64,000 nucleotides of DNA from a virus (IMGVR_UViG_3300008255_000098), one strand, 5' to 3'. Counted from the stretch's first letter, positions 19,074 through 29,199 are shown. The notes: generated from the sequence alone by a model not told the origin. A program made the numbers and translations.

Positions 19074-21374
19074 ATGACAGACTTGTATACAGAGGCACTA
19101 AAAGATGCACAAAAAATTCGAGAGATTGCAGAAACTGATGCAAAAAATCGTCTCGTAGAAGCACTTACGCCGTACATCAAAAAAGTAATCGCAAAAGAAG
19201 CAGCTGGCGACAGTGACTTTTATTTTGAACAAAACGATAATCCAGAAGATGATGAAGATGCTCTTGATTTAAATAATCCGACAGATGTTCCAGCAGCAGT
19301 TGCACCACAAGCACCAGTTCCGGAAGGTCAGCCTTCTTCTCAAGCAGGAACTGCACCACAAGCACCACAAACAACACCAGGGCTTACTGTAAACTCTACG
19401 CCAACAGATGTGATGGGTGATGAAGCAACTACCCTCCCTATTAAAACACCAGGGTCAGAAGAACTTGTAAATGGTTCAATGCCAGATTCTGACGGCAAAA
19501 TTACTGTTGACTTCGAAGATTTATTTGTCAATGGAACCTCTGACCAAGTTACTATAACCCCGCAGGGGCAAATGGCTCCAATGGAAGCCCCTGTAGCCCC
19601 TACAGGGGGCGAAGAAGTTTCTCCTGGGCTTGGGGTTGATAAAACCTTAAATACTGGTAACGAGCCTCCAGTGGCAAATGGTGAGCCACTTGAGCCACTT
19701 GAGCCAACAGAAGACGAAGAACAACTTGATCTTTCGACGAAAGAGTCAATCAACTATAAAGATTATAAAAGAGTTTTTTCAAATATCTCAGAGAGAATTG
19801 ATATGACTCTTTACAAAGATAAAGTTTCAAATATAGTATTTGAAACCCTTAAACAACGGTTATTTGATTTACTGGAGGCAGTAGATACAATGAGAGACCG
19901 TGGAACTATTTCAGGTAAGCAAGCACAATTAAACGAAAACAAATTAGAATTTTTGTTTATAAAGCTGAAAGAGGCGAGTTTGCATAATAGTTACTCTAGT
20001 AATGGAAATAAAGGCCCAGATATGACAACCCTTAAAGAATTCGCAGCACAACTTTTTGAAGAAGATGAAAATCTTGCAAAAGATTCGGTTAGTAGTGGTA
20101 AAACCGGCGTTCCGGTTGATGAAGAATATTCAGCCCACGCAGCAAAAGTTTCTGGTGTAGACCCGAAGCTCGGTGGAGCTAAAGATATCAAGGTTTCGCA
20201 AAGTAAACATCTTGGTAAGGGTGAAGCTCTTCCAGATAGTTCAGACCCTGACGAAAAACCTTGGGGTGAAGGTTCACCAACAGTAAATGAAAATAGCGCA
20301 GTTGGCCTTGATGACACAGACGAAAAGCCATCTGACGAATTTGAAGTTGACGATGCAGAGCTTGCTGAAGCAGTAAGATCTATTCGAAAAGAAAGCATCA
20401 AGAAAAAGCTTTCAGCACTCCGTGAAGCTGAGAAAAAAGAAGGACTCAACGTTGAGACTTCAGAAGACTATCCAGATCCAGGCCCTGAGGGTGGCGAAGA
20501 CCCATCTCACGATAAACTTAAGGAAATGTTAGAAATGAGAATGAACGAAATGATGGATGAACAAGACGATGATGACAACGACGAAGACGAAGATATGTCA
20601 AAAGTTCTCGACGATGACGAAATGTCTGTTGAAGATGATTTAGATTCTGACGAAGAACTCCCAGAGGACGAAGACGCTGATTTAGTTCTTTCAATAGACT
20701 TGCCACCAGAAGTTGAAAAAGAGTTAGCAACTCTAGGTCTTGATGACCTCGATGTGGATGTTGCTCTTAATGTTTCTACAGACCTCGACGACGACGAAGA
20801 AATAGAAATTTCTGACGAAGACGAAGACGAAGACGAAGACGATGCCGAAATGCCTGAAGAAGAAGTTCTTGAGGACGAGTATATGGGCGGGGTAGACGAA
20901 ATGAAAGAAATGAAAAAAATGAAAAACGAAGCGAAAAGACAAGCTAACAAAGCAAAGCTTCTAGAAAAAAAGCTTCAAAAAGCAGTACGACTTCTTCGTT
21001 TACAAAATAATAAGCTTACTAACCTTGAGGAACAATTAGTTGAAACTAATCTGTTTACTTCAAAGGCAGTATATTACAGCAAGTTCCTCCAAAGGGCACT
21101 TACTGAAAAGGCTCTAAGCAAGAAAGCGTTACAACAAATTGTAGAGCACCTTGACAAGGGTCGATCGGTTGCTGAAACAAAAGCAATCTATAAGAAAATT
21201 GAGAATAAGCTCAATGAACATGCAAATGCTTCCCGCAAATTGGGCGGTTCTTCCTCGAAGGTGACCAGACCAGGGAGCGCAAACTTGAATGAGAGTGCAA
21301 ATTCTCAAACAAGGAATGATCCGGAAACTCAATCCAGCAATCGCTGGCAGCTTCTTGCAGGCATTAAAAAATAA
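19074..21374 (+). CDS. prohead core scaffolding protein (gp22-like)
   Basis: very acidic, many LxE sites, C-terminal coiled coil ending RWQLLAGIKK, immediately upstream of the MCP. Confidence 0.75.
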   Translation: MTDLYTEALKDAQKIREIAETDAKNRLVEALTPYIKKVIAKEAAGDSDFYFEQNDNPEDDEDALDLNNPTDVPAAVAPQAPVPEGQPSSQAGTAPQAPQTTPGLTVNSTPTDVMGDEATTLPIKTPGSEELVNGSMPDSDGKITVDFEDLFVNGTSDQVTITPQGQMAPMEAPVAPTGGEEVSPGLGVDKTLNTGNEPPVANGEPLEPLEPTEDEEQLDLSTKESINYKDYKRVFSNISERIDMTLYKDKVSNIVFETLKQRLFDLLEAVDTMRDRGTISGKQAQLNENKLEFLFIKLKEASLHNSYSSNGNKGPDMTTLKEFAAQLFEEDENLAKDSVSSGKTGVPVDEEYSAHAAKVSGVDPKLGGAKDIKVSQSKHLGKGEALPDSSDPDEKPWGEGSPTVNENSAVGLDDTDEKPSDEFEVDDAELAEAVRSIRKESIKKKLSALREAEKKEGLNVETSEDYPDPGPEGGEDPSHDKLKEMLEMRMNEMMDEQDDDDNDEDEDMSKVLDDDEMSVEDDLDSDEELPEDEDADLVLSIDLPPEVEKELATLGLDDLDVDVALNVSTDLDDDEEIEISDEDEDEDEDDAEMPEEEVLEDEYMGGVDEMKEMKKMKNEAKRQANKAKLLEKKLQKAVRLLRLQNNKLTNLEEQLVETNLFTSKAVYYSKFLQRALTEKALSKKALQQIVEHLDKGRSVAETKAIYKKIENKLNEHANASRKLGGSSSKVTRPGSANLNESANSQTRNDPETQSSNRWQLLAGIKK

Positions 21375-21400
21375 GTAACGGAAAATAGCTTTTAGGCAAA

Positions 21401-21406
21401 TACTTA
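21401..21406 (+). promoter_or_regulatory. putative late promoter motif TACTTA for the MCP
   Basis: 24 nt upstream of the MCP ATG, followed by a GAGG SD. Confidence 0.55.
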
Positions 21407-21430
21407 GAGAAAGATTTAGAGGATATTAAA

Positions 21431-23353
21431 ATGAGTACATTTACACTGTCACAGTTGGCAGAAGGCGTTCAAAGGCGTTCCCTTGGAACAGACACTCCAC
21501 GTATAACAAGGAAATGGGCTGCCACGGGCCTTCTTGAGAACCTTACAGGGGTCAATCGTGATAACATGTCACGACTTCTTGAAAACCAAGTGGTTGAGCT
21601 TCTTAGGGAGACAAACGCATTATCTACTGGTGGAGCAGGACTTTCGTCAAGCGGAAAGGTAGCTGGTTTTACCAATGTTGCCTTCCCAATTGTTCGTAGA
21701 GTTTTCGCAGGCTTGATTGCAAACGAAATCGTTTCAGTTCAGCCTATGTCTCTACCAACGGGTCTTTTGTTCTACCTTGATTACTCCTATGGTTCGTCCG
21801 TCGGTGGTGATGCAGGTTCAACAGCAAACCAATTTTCAACGACATCTATTGTTGATCCTTCGACTTATACCAGTCAAGACTCAGTTTACAACAACCCACG
21901 TGGTTCTGGTGTTCGTTCGGGATCACTTGCAACAGGTGGTCAATACGACCTTGCTGGACATGGTTATTCCAAGGTCCACAAACAAGCAAAGAACCTTTTA
22001 TCCACCGCTGATAGCGTTGGTTATTGGGCAGGTGGTTCCACCTGGACCGCAGCTGGTACAGTTGCTTCTTCCGCAGATTTCGCTGGTTTCAACGCACGTT
22101 ATGCAATGTATGACGCAACCGTTGAAAACGATGTAACTGATGGACTTCTTGATTATACTTTCGTATTTGTTAGCGCATCACAGTTCACCACCAACATCGG
22201 CGGCGCAGATCTTGACAATGTAAACCAAGTTGCTCTTACGGGCTTTGGTGCTGCAACTCAATCCGCTGTAGAGTGGGGCGAGAAATATCAAGGCGGACGA
22301 GGAGTTCTAAACCTTCGTAAGCTCAACCAAAGAGGAAATTGGGATTCAGCCACTGGCTTGTTCTCCCCAGACCCTTTGAACGGCTCGCATCTTATGTTTG
22401 TTGTGCGTCTTGCTAACGCAGGTACAGCACCGACCCTAACGGCTGTTGTCGGTAACGAGGTAACAGCTTCCGCTGCTATCGCAGACGCACTCAGCGTAAA
22501 CTCTGATGGTTCAACCCTTACGATTCCAAGCTTCGAGTCTAACTTCGCAGTTGACGCAAGCCCACGTATCCCAGAAGTTGATATCCGTATCGAGTCAACA
22601 GCTGTAACCGCTCAGAGCAGAAAGCTCAGAGCCCGTTGGTCACCAGAAATGGCGCAGGATCTTACCGCATTCTACAGCATTGATGTAGAAGTCGAGCTTA
22701 CAAACATTCTCTCCGAGATGATTACGCTTGATATCGACCGTGAAATCTTGAACGACCTTCTTACACAAGCAGGAGCAGCAAATCTCTTCTGGAGCCGTGC
22801 CCCAGGAAAGATTGTAAACAAGTTCACTGGCGCTGAGGCCCTCCAGTCCAGCACATTGAGCCCTGGCCCGATGGCATTCGTAAACATCCAAGATTGGTAC
22901 CAGACTCTTCTTGAAACCGTTACCGATGCTGCAAACACCATCCACAGAAAGACACTTCGTGGTTCCGGTAACTTCATTGTTACAAGCCCTGATGTCTGCA
23001 CAATCATTGAGCATCTTGTTGCTTACAAGCCTTCCTACAGAGTAGACGCTGATGGACAGGTACGAGACAACATGGTAGTTGGTGCCGAAGCTGTAGGTAC
23101 TTTGAACAATCGTTACACGATTTACAAGGACCCTTACTTCCCAAGCAACAAGCTTCTTGTAGGTTTGAAGGGTAACACCTTCCTTGAGTCCGGATTTATT
23201 TACGCACCATACGTACCTCTTATCTTGACGCCTGTCATCTACGCACAGGAGGACTTCACTCCACGTAAGGGTGTCATGACTCGATACGGAAAGAAGATGG
23301 TCAGAAATGATTTCTACGCAACCGTAACAGTATTAGATATGGGTCTGATTTAA
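21431..23353 (+). CDS. gp23: major capsid protein (T4 gp23 family) with large insertion
   Basis: KWAATGLLE, FPIVRRVF, VSVQPMSLPTGLLFYLD, SRKLRARWSPEMAQDL, IYAPYVPL and PRKGVMTRYG motifs. Confidence 0.95.
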   Translation: MSTFTLSQLAEGVQRRSLGTDTPRITRKWAATGLLENLTGVNRDNMSRLLENQVVELLRETNALSTGGAGLSSSGKVAGFTNVAFPIVRRVFAGLIANEIVSVQPMSLPTGLLFYLDYSYGSSVGGDAGSTANQFSTTSIVDPSTYTSQDSVYNNPRGSGVRSGSLATGGQYDLAGHGYSKVHKQAKNLLSTADSVGYWAGGSTWTAAGTVASSADFAGFNARYAMYDATVENDVTDGLLDYTFVFVSASQFTTNIGGADLDNVNQVALTGFGAATQSAVEWGEKYQGGRGVLNLRKLNQRGNWDSATGLFSPDPLNGSHLMFVVRLANAGTAPTLTAVVGNEVTASAAIADALSVNSDGSTLTIPSFESNFAVDASPRIPEVDIRIESTAVTAQSRKLRARWSPEMAQDLTAFYSIDVEVELTNILSEMITLDIDREILNDLLTQAGAANLFWSRAPGKIVNKFTGAEALQSSTLSPGPMAFVNIQDWYQTLLETVTDAANTIHRKTLRGSGNFIVTSPDVCTIIEHLVAYKPSYRVDADGQVRDNMVVGAEAVGTLNNRYTIYKDPYFPSNKLLVGLKGNTFLESGFIYAPYVPLILTPVIYAQEDFTPRKGVMTRYGKKMVRNDFYATVTVLDMGLI

Positions 23354-23395
23354 GGCTTAACCAGACGAAGCTGCCCTTGGTAGCGAATAACTAAG

Positions 23396-23430
23396 AAAGG
23401 CAATCGGTTTACGATTGCCTTTTCTTTTTT
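23396..23430 (+). terminator. intrinsic terminator after the MCP
   Basis: AAAGGCAATCG-GTTTA-CGATTGCCTTT followed by a T-rich tail. Confidence 0.85.
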
Positions 23431-23636
23431 AAATTCTTCCATGATTTCGGCTTTGTTCATAAAGGATCGCAATATAATATAATAGTAAATGATTTTTATT
23501 TTAGGGTTACACAACCGTACGTTTTTGTTGTTCCTAGAAGAAACTAAAACCATTAACGACATTTTGAAATATTATTTCGTCGAAGAAATACTTTTACAAG
23601 TTTTATTTCTATGCTTTGTTTGAAGAGAAAATTAAA

Positions 23637-23859
23637 ATGAACGAACGAGATTTTTTTTTACTGGTTACAAGGTTACTTTGAACTTACCGACACAAACAAA
23701 TTGTCAGAAACCCAAGTTCAAATCATCAAAGAACATATGTCATTGGCTGCTAAGAAAGTAACTACAACTTCTATTGCGGCAACAACAACAACATTTTTTG
23801 ATAAGCCTGTTAAAGTAGAACCAAACGTGATGAAACTGCACACTATCTTGACCTGTTAA
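23637..23859 (+). pseudogene. small phage hypothetical protein frameshifted in a T9 run
   Basis: removing one T at 23651-23659 gives MNERDFFYWLQGYFELTDTNKLSETQVQIIKEHM..., 73 aa open to TAA 23857. Confidence 0.6.
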
Positions 23860-23898
23860 TTGGTTTATATTCTTTTACAGTTGTTACACAATAATTTT

Positions 23899-24096
23899 AT
23901 GAAAGAAACTCCTCAGTATGACGTGGGAATGCTTGTTCCTATTCGAGAAGACCAGTAAACTTTCAAGAACAAGGAATTTGATTACAAGTTTCTAATTCAG
24001 TTAGAATTTGGCAAAAAATGGCGGGTCGAGGCTGTGGAGGGAAACCATCATACGAAAACTGCCACTCAACTAAGGATGGATAAAATCTCTGCTTAA
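23899..24096 (+). pseudogene. small ORF with one in-frame TAA (23956)
   Basis: MKETPQYDVGMLVPIREDQ*TFKNKEFDYKFLIQLEFGKKWRVEAVEG... Confidence 0.4.
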
Positions 24097-24167
24097 AATT
24101 AAAATTTAATAATTACGTTGAAATACATACTTACTCTAGGTAAGTAAAGATTGTGAATAATAAAATT

Positions 24168-24566
24168 ATGGCATTTACAAAAAATAGATTTCAAAAGTTA
24201 GCTGGGATTCTTAAAGAAAGTAAAAAACCTATAAATGAAGAGTTAGATGCTCCTAGAGATTTCTCAGAACTTCAAGATTGGCTAGACAGACGGCCAGGCG
24301 TTTCTGCTAAGGTTGCAAAATTGATTGAAGAAGAAGAAGACGAATCCAAAGCAGCAGAATGGTTGCTTACTAACTTCGACTATGATCTATCAATGTGGTC
24401 CGGAAAGGAATTAGTAGAATTTTTAGAACAATATACAACTTCTAATGATGAACACGACGACGATGACTACGATGATAGAATGGATGGGGATTTTGACAGT
24501 GCCATGGCCTCCGCTGGATTTGGTACCGATGAAGACTATGGTTTTAGCGGCGGGGAAGATTGGTAA
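24168..24566 (+). CDS. acidic virion protein with class II (RFQKLAGI) leader
   Basis: MAFTKNRFQKLAGILKE; C-terminal DGDFDSAMASAGFGTDEDYG; TACTTA at 24128. Confidence 0.7.
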   Translation: MAFTKNRFQKLAGILKESKKPINEELDAPRDFSELQDWLDRRPGVSAKVAKLIEEEEDESKAAEWLLTNFDYDLSMWSGKELVEFLEQYTTSNDEHDDDDYDDRMDGDFDSAMASAGFGTDEDYGFSGGEDW

Positions 24567-24571
24567 AAAAC

Positions 24572-25072
24572 ATGTTTAATAAAAAAAGATTTCAAAAATT
24601 AGCAGGTATCCTAGTTGAAGGAACACACACTGGTGAAAAATATAGACATAACAAAGTTTACAACGTCATAAAACATAAAATGTCACAATTCTTAGAAGAA
24701 AAAGGCGACGACGTTAATGAAGTTATAGTAGAAACTATGAAAGATGCAATGGAAAACTCTCGTGGGGAGGAGCTTGATCACAGATCCTTCAGTGCTGATG
24801 ATTTTCTTGGAGAATCAGATATAACAGAAATGTTTCTAAAATTTCTAGGTAATCAATATCTTGTTGACGTATTAAATGGAGATGATGAAAGTCAGGCGGC
24901 GGCGGAAAATCACCAGGCAGCTTGGGATGCGGCCTACGAAGCTATGAATGAATGGCTAGAAAAAGTATCCTATGATGATTTCCAAGTTGCACTTGAAGAC
25001 ATAAGAGACAGTGAAGAACTTGCTAGAGACCCAAATGGCTATTATGGTGTTTCTGATAAAGATTTTTATTAG
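24572..25072 (+). CDS. acidic virion protein with class II leader
   Basis: MFNKKRFQKLAGILVE; C-terminal RDPNGYYGVSDKDFY. Confidence 0.7.
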   Translation: MFNKKRFQKLAGILVEGTHTGEKYRHNKVYNVIKHKMSQFLEEKGDDVNEVIVETMKDAMENSRGEELDHRSFSADDFLGESDITEMFLKFLGNQYLVDVLNGDDESQAAAENHQAAWDAAYEAMNEWLEKVSYDDFQVALEDIRDSEELARDPNGYYGVSDKDFY

Positions 25073-25319
25073 AGCATAAAACCCTACTTTTTTTGAATGA
25101 GAAAAGTTAGCCCATGTGCAGGGAATGAGCGAAGCGAACGAGCAAAACAGGCAAATCTCTTTAGGACAGTAGTAGTGAGATGAGAGTCACCATAATAGAA
25201 ATCACCTAAAGCTTGACGCTGACCTAATCTCCCTTCCAACGCCCAATTAGAAATCCATCAAAAGGGATAAAATTCAATTTTTCTTCGGTCCAAATTTTCA
25301 GTGAGGATACTGTTCATAG

Positions 25320-25488
25320 TATGTGCGGTCGAGAGATAGCTAAAGTAAATCGACGATTTTTAAGGTAGCAGAATAGAATTCGCAGAATGAGAGGAATAAT
25401 TGATTGTTTGTCTGATGTGATAAGACCTAAAAAGAATGGGTTGTTAGTTGGGCCGGAAGCTCGACGTCTTAGCGGTGGGGTAGTTCAT
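25320..25488 (+). mobile_element. decayed tnpB 3' end and right end
   Basis: ends GAAGCTCGACGTCTTAGCGGTGGGGTAGTTCAT; left boundary uncertain. Confidence 0.55.
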
Positions 25489-25549
25489 TAGAACTAATTC
25501 TTAGAGATTTTAGTTTACAAGCAAACCTTAGTAAGTTATCATATAACGT

Positions 25550-25849
25550 ATGAAACGTTATTATGCAAAACCAGACACTTGGTTCAAAGAAGGAAGTGAG
25601 TGTCAAAAAGGAGACGAAATGTTCCCACCCGGTTCCTTAGCAGATGGGGCGGCGACCGAAGAAAAAACGGGAAGCTCAATTTACCGAGGAATCTATATTG
25701 TAGGAACTTGTACCCCAAGTGGACAAACGGGCTATGACACCTTTTGGTATGATAAAGGATATACCGAGGGCGACGAAGTAGAAATGTCTGAGCATTGTTG
25801 CGACGATGAATTCTTTGTAGTAGAAGTGCAGGAGGAAAAAGTAATATGA
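25550..25849 (+). CDS. hypothetical protein
   Basis: 99 aa, YAKPDTWFKEG N-terminus; coupled to the next ORF. Confidence 0.65.
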   Translation: MKRYYAKPDTWFKEGSECQKGDEMFPPGSLADGAATEEKTGSSIYRGIYIVGTCTPSGQTGYDTFWYDKGYTEGDEVEMSEHCCDDEFFVVEVQEEKVI

Positions 25850-26253
25850 AAATATTTTGTGCAGCGTGTGGCAACGAAGTCTCTAAAAAAGAATCAGATA
25901 TACACAACGAGCAATATAAATGTAAAAATTGCTTGGACTCTAACTCAAATTATTGGAAAAACAAGGCTGTTAAAAACGAAAAAGAAAAAGCGTTATTACA
26001 AAAAACTCTTGAAGAATATTCCAGAAAACTTGATGAAACTAATAATATTTTGGAAATTTTAATAAAAACTATTAAGTCACATACGGAAGTCTTTGTTGAC
26101 AAGATCCCAGAAGAAGATTTTGCAGAAATATTAGATGCTGTAACAATGGCAGAAAAATCTTACAGAGGAAACATTATCAGTAAGTTAGTAAAACTTTCTA
26201 TAGAAACCGAGTATTTTCCAGTAGTATATCCTGCTTCATATAGTAAAAAGTAA
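25846..26253 (+). CDS. zinc-ribbon / coiled-coil hypothetical protein
   Basis: CAAC...CKNC motif at the N-terminus. Confidence 0.6.
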   Translation: MKIFCAACGNEVSKKESDIHNEQYKCKNCLDSNSNYWKNKAVKNEKEKALLQKTLEEYSRKLDETNNILEILIKTIKSHTEVFVDKIPEEDFAEILDAVTMAEKSYRGNIISKLVKLSIETEYFPVVYPASYSKK

Positions 26254-26422
26254 CCATAGTCTATCTGATAACCTCTCGTCTCACGCAGATGTCCAAACAT
26301 AAGACGAAAAATCCTTTTCTAGTGCCCTGCTAGACCTTGTAAGGCTTTTTAAAAGTTGTCACGTGCTTTGGTATACATATATTTACTGGTCTCTCTAATC
26401 TATTCCTGTTAAAAGTATTTTA

Positions 26423-26788
26423 TAAAACCCATTCATCGTTTTTATGCGGGATGTAAAAAAGCGACAAACGCTAATCTTGTGAATAAAAACGATTTGTACT
26501 GATGTATTGTTGTGCTGTGATTTTTAAGACACAATGAAGCAAATTTTTTTGCAAACGAATGGAATATTAAAAGTTTAGACTATTTAATAGTGAATATCAC
26601 AATAGAGACATAAACACTACAAAAAGAATATTCTTCTTAAAAAAAGTATTAAAAAAAATAACATCGTCAGGAACAGGCGATTACACGGGTGGAGCTATGA
26701 ATAAGACTTCTTCTTAGAAAAAACACAAAACCGTGAAACCCGAAGCCCAATCCATCAGCTTTTTTGTTGTCGTGGGTGAGTAGTTCAT
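26423..26788 (+). mobile_element. non-autonomous tnpB element
   Basis: left-end AAAACCCATTCATCG...GCGGGATG, shared AAAAAGCGACAAACGCTAA block, GACTATTTAA motif, right end GAAGCCC...TGTCGTGGGTGAGTAGTTCAT. Confidence 0.75.
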
Positions 26789-26800
26789 AAAGCAGGAAAA

Positions 26801-27028
26801 ATGAAAATTACTAGCGAACAATTAAAACAACTTGTCACGGAAGCAGTTAGAAAGAATTTAGGAGAAAATACTTTCCACTTTTTATTAGCAGACGAAATTG
26901 ATCAATTGGCATCAAAGACAGCAAAAGTTTTTGTCAAAGAACTTAAAATAGAATTACCTGAGGATAGGGAAGAGGTTATGTGGGAAGTAAAAGAATATCT
27001 TAAGAATATTGCAAAAGAGTGGATGTAA
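26801..27028 (+). CDS. small virion protein with class I leader (possibly truncated)
   Basis: MKITSEQLKQLVTEAVRKNLGE; the downstream region looks like decayed coding sequence. Confidence 0.65.
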   Translation: MKITSEQLKQLVTEAVRKNLGENTFHFLLADEIDQLASKTAKVFVKELKIELPEDREEVMWEVKEYLKNIAKEWM

Positions 27029-27269
27029 TAGAAAGTTTTTTTAAAAACCATTCACAAAAATTAAATTGCTACCGAAGTATATAAAATGTTTGAAGAAGCA
27101 TCCCCAATCAGAGGCGTCAAAAGACGATGTGCTTGAAAAATATTTACGGGCCGATAAAAGCATCTTCCTAAAGGAAGAATAGCGGCGAGCACAAGCCAAA
27201 TACTTGGGGGAAGATGAATTTTATACTCAACATATAACTTATGCATATTTAATTGAAATATTTAACAAT

Positions 27270-28384
27270 ATGGATTCACTTTTAAAAAAACTTATTAGAA
27301 GAGAAGTTAGAAGAATAATTTCCGAACAAGACATCGACGATGTATTTGGAAACCATTTATGGGCAGATAAAAATGAATTTCCAAAAGAGAGAACTAAACA
27401 GTTTAATGAACCAAACACGGACTTAGAAAAAAAGTTCTTTACTGTTCTCGAAGATTATATTGAAGGGATTCTACACTTGGAGAGCCGGGGTCTGACGCCA
27501 TGGGGGAATTTATTAAAAATGTTTTACGCCCACTTAAAGTACTGAATAAATTTCCTGAATATATCAACCCACCTAAAAATATAGTTTTCAGGGGCATGAG
27601 TAACCTTTCTTTAAAAACGGCGACAAAGATACTTGGAATTTCTGAAAAAGAGCTTATTTCAATGTCTGGTGTTTCGCAAAAAATAGCTGTTAGTTCGACT
27701 GTATACCCGATCAACGAAACTATGTCTTGGTCAAGTAACAAAGATATACCAACCGCATTTTCATACTTTGGTGGAAATGGAACCGATGAAACTCATGTGA
27801 GTATTATTATGTTGGCTAATCTATATGATTCAGGTAATGATTTTTACTTGAATATTAATAATATTGCGCAGAATTATTCAGGTTTTCCATCATTAGCTGG
27901 CAAAGAGGGAGAAACACTTTCTATCGGACCAGTTAAAATTCACGCAGCATATGTATATGTTGTAAACTTAAGAAAAGAAATAGAGGACGAAAGAAAGAGT
28001 TTCAGCGCATTATTACCAGAACTAATATCAAAAATTTCTGCCGAAGAAATCAAAAAAGATCAAGATGAGAGCGAGTCAGCAAAAGGGAATAAAATAATAT
28101 TCAATAAACTTAATAAGGCTTTCACCGAAATTTTCCAAAAATATAATCTAAAGATAAAACAAATAGATAGTTTTGTTAATTCAGTTTTATATTTTATCTC
28201 AAATGTTCGATTACCTAAAAGTTCTTTCAGCGACGATGAAACACTTGAAACACTTGAAACACTTGAAACACTTGAAACGCATCTAATTGATTCATTCGAA
28301 GATCAAATACCTGATTTATTTCAAATATTTGAAATAGAACAAGGAGAAATTGAAAAATTTGAAGAGTTTGTCAAAAAGAACTAA
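27270..28384 (+). pseudogene. R-S-E clade ADP-ribosyltransferase-like protein with leader, split by a -1 frameshift at a G5 run (~27502-27506)
   Basis: MDSLLKKLIRREVRRIISE leader; adding one G joins ...TPWGEFIKNV to IVFRG / MSWS / EGE motifs; paralog of 3609. Confidence 0.65.
28238..28279 (+). repeat. 9-bp tandem repeat (GAAACACTT)4+ encoding ETL repeats
   Basis: direct reading; in frame within the ART-like C-terminal tail. Confidence 0.9.
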
Positions 28385-29199
28385 ACTTCTTGCAATATTG
28401 CTCTTATTGTTTCTTGGATTATAGCAGCTAAGCTACGCCGAGCTTCTCTGATTTCTGGCTGTTCTACTTCAAAAGTACCAGTTATTTTTGGAGGATTTTT
28501 AACGGCCTTCCAAATATACCACGTAACTGCTTGCAGTCCTTGAGGAGTTAATCCAACCAAGTCAGCAACTTTCATATAATCTTGAATTATAGCTTTACGT
28601 TCAACTTTCGTTGGGGAACTCATATTTTTAAGTGGAGTTTTAATTCCACGCCAAACATTTATTGCGTGTCCATCCAACACTAACTCATTTTGGACTTTTT
28701 CTGGGTTCATCAAGGAATCAAAGAATACCGACACTTTTGGACCGTTAACATATCCAATATTGCCAGTATTTAAAATTTTCATTGCTTTGCGAACATTAGT
28801 TTTATATGCAGGAATTCCACTAGGTTCTTCTATTCCGTCTTCCCAGGCTTTCATAACACGGTCGGCAGACATAAGATTTAATTTCCAGCTCAAATTTGGG
28901 CTCAACACTGCGCATACCGCAGCAGAAACTGGGACAGGAATATCATATTTTGTCGCCAACTCTTTTACATGCCCGTGAGCATATTGATACCAGTTACTCC
29001 AATAGTCGATTTCTTCTTTTGATGCTTTTTTAAGCACAGCCAAAATATTGTGAGATCCTTCATTTTTAAACAGATTCATTTCTTCATGAGGAATTTTTTT
29101 CCTACCTGGTTCGTTCATTACATAGTCAGCATTATGTGCGTTTGTAGAATATTCTTCTTGTTCGAAAAGGAACTCTAGGAGTTTACTGAAAGATTTCAT
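28381..29199 (-). CDS. DUF7178-like protein (predicted HhH-GPD glycosylase-like fold) with leader
   Basis: WY..A, AVLSPNLSW..N, GPKV..F, LDGHA and QAVTW motifs recalled for this phage family; TATTTA 6 nt upstream on the minus strand. Confidence 0.55.
   Translation of the reverse strand: MKSFSKLLEFLFEQEEYSTNAHNADYVMNEPGRKKIPHEEMNLFKNEGSHNILAVLKKASKEEIDYWSNWYQYAHGHVKELATKYDIPVPVSAAVCAVLSPNLSWKLNLMSADRVMKAWEDGIEEPSGIPAYKTNVRKAMKILNTGNIGYVNGPKVSVFFDSLMNPEKVQNELVLDGHAINVWRGIKTPLKNMSSPTKVERKAIIQDYMKVADLVGLTPQGLQAVTWYIWKAVKNPPKITGTFEVEQPEIREARRSLAAIIQETIRAILQEV

Noticed and set aside
21431-23353. Intron or intein in the MCP or other core genes
   Set aside because: The frames are continuous, and the MCP insert lacks intein splice residues and homing-endonuclease motifs.
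10126-23562. Many antisense and alternate-frame ORFs overlapping sheath, scaffold and MCP genes
   Set aside because: They are shadow ORFs of long genes with biased codon usage, and have no motifs, SD or late promoter.
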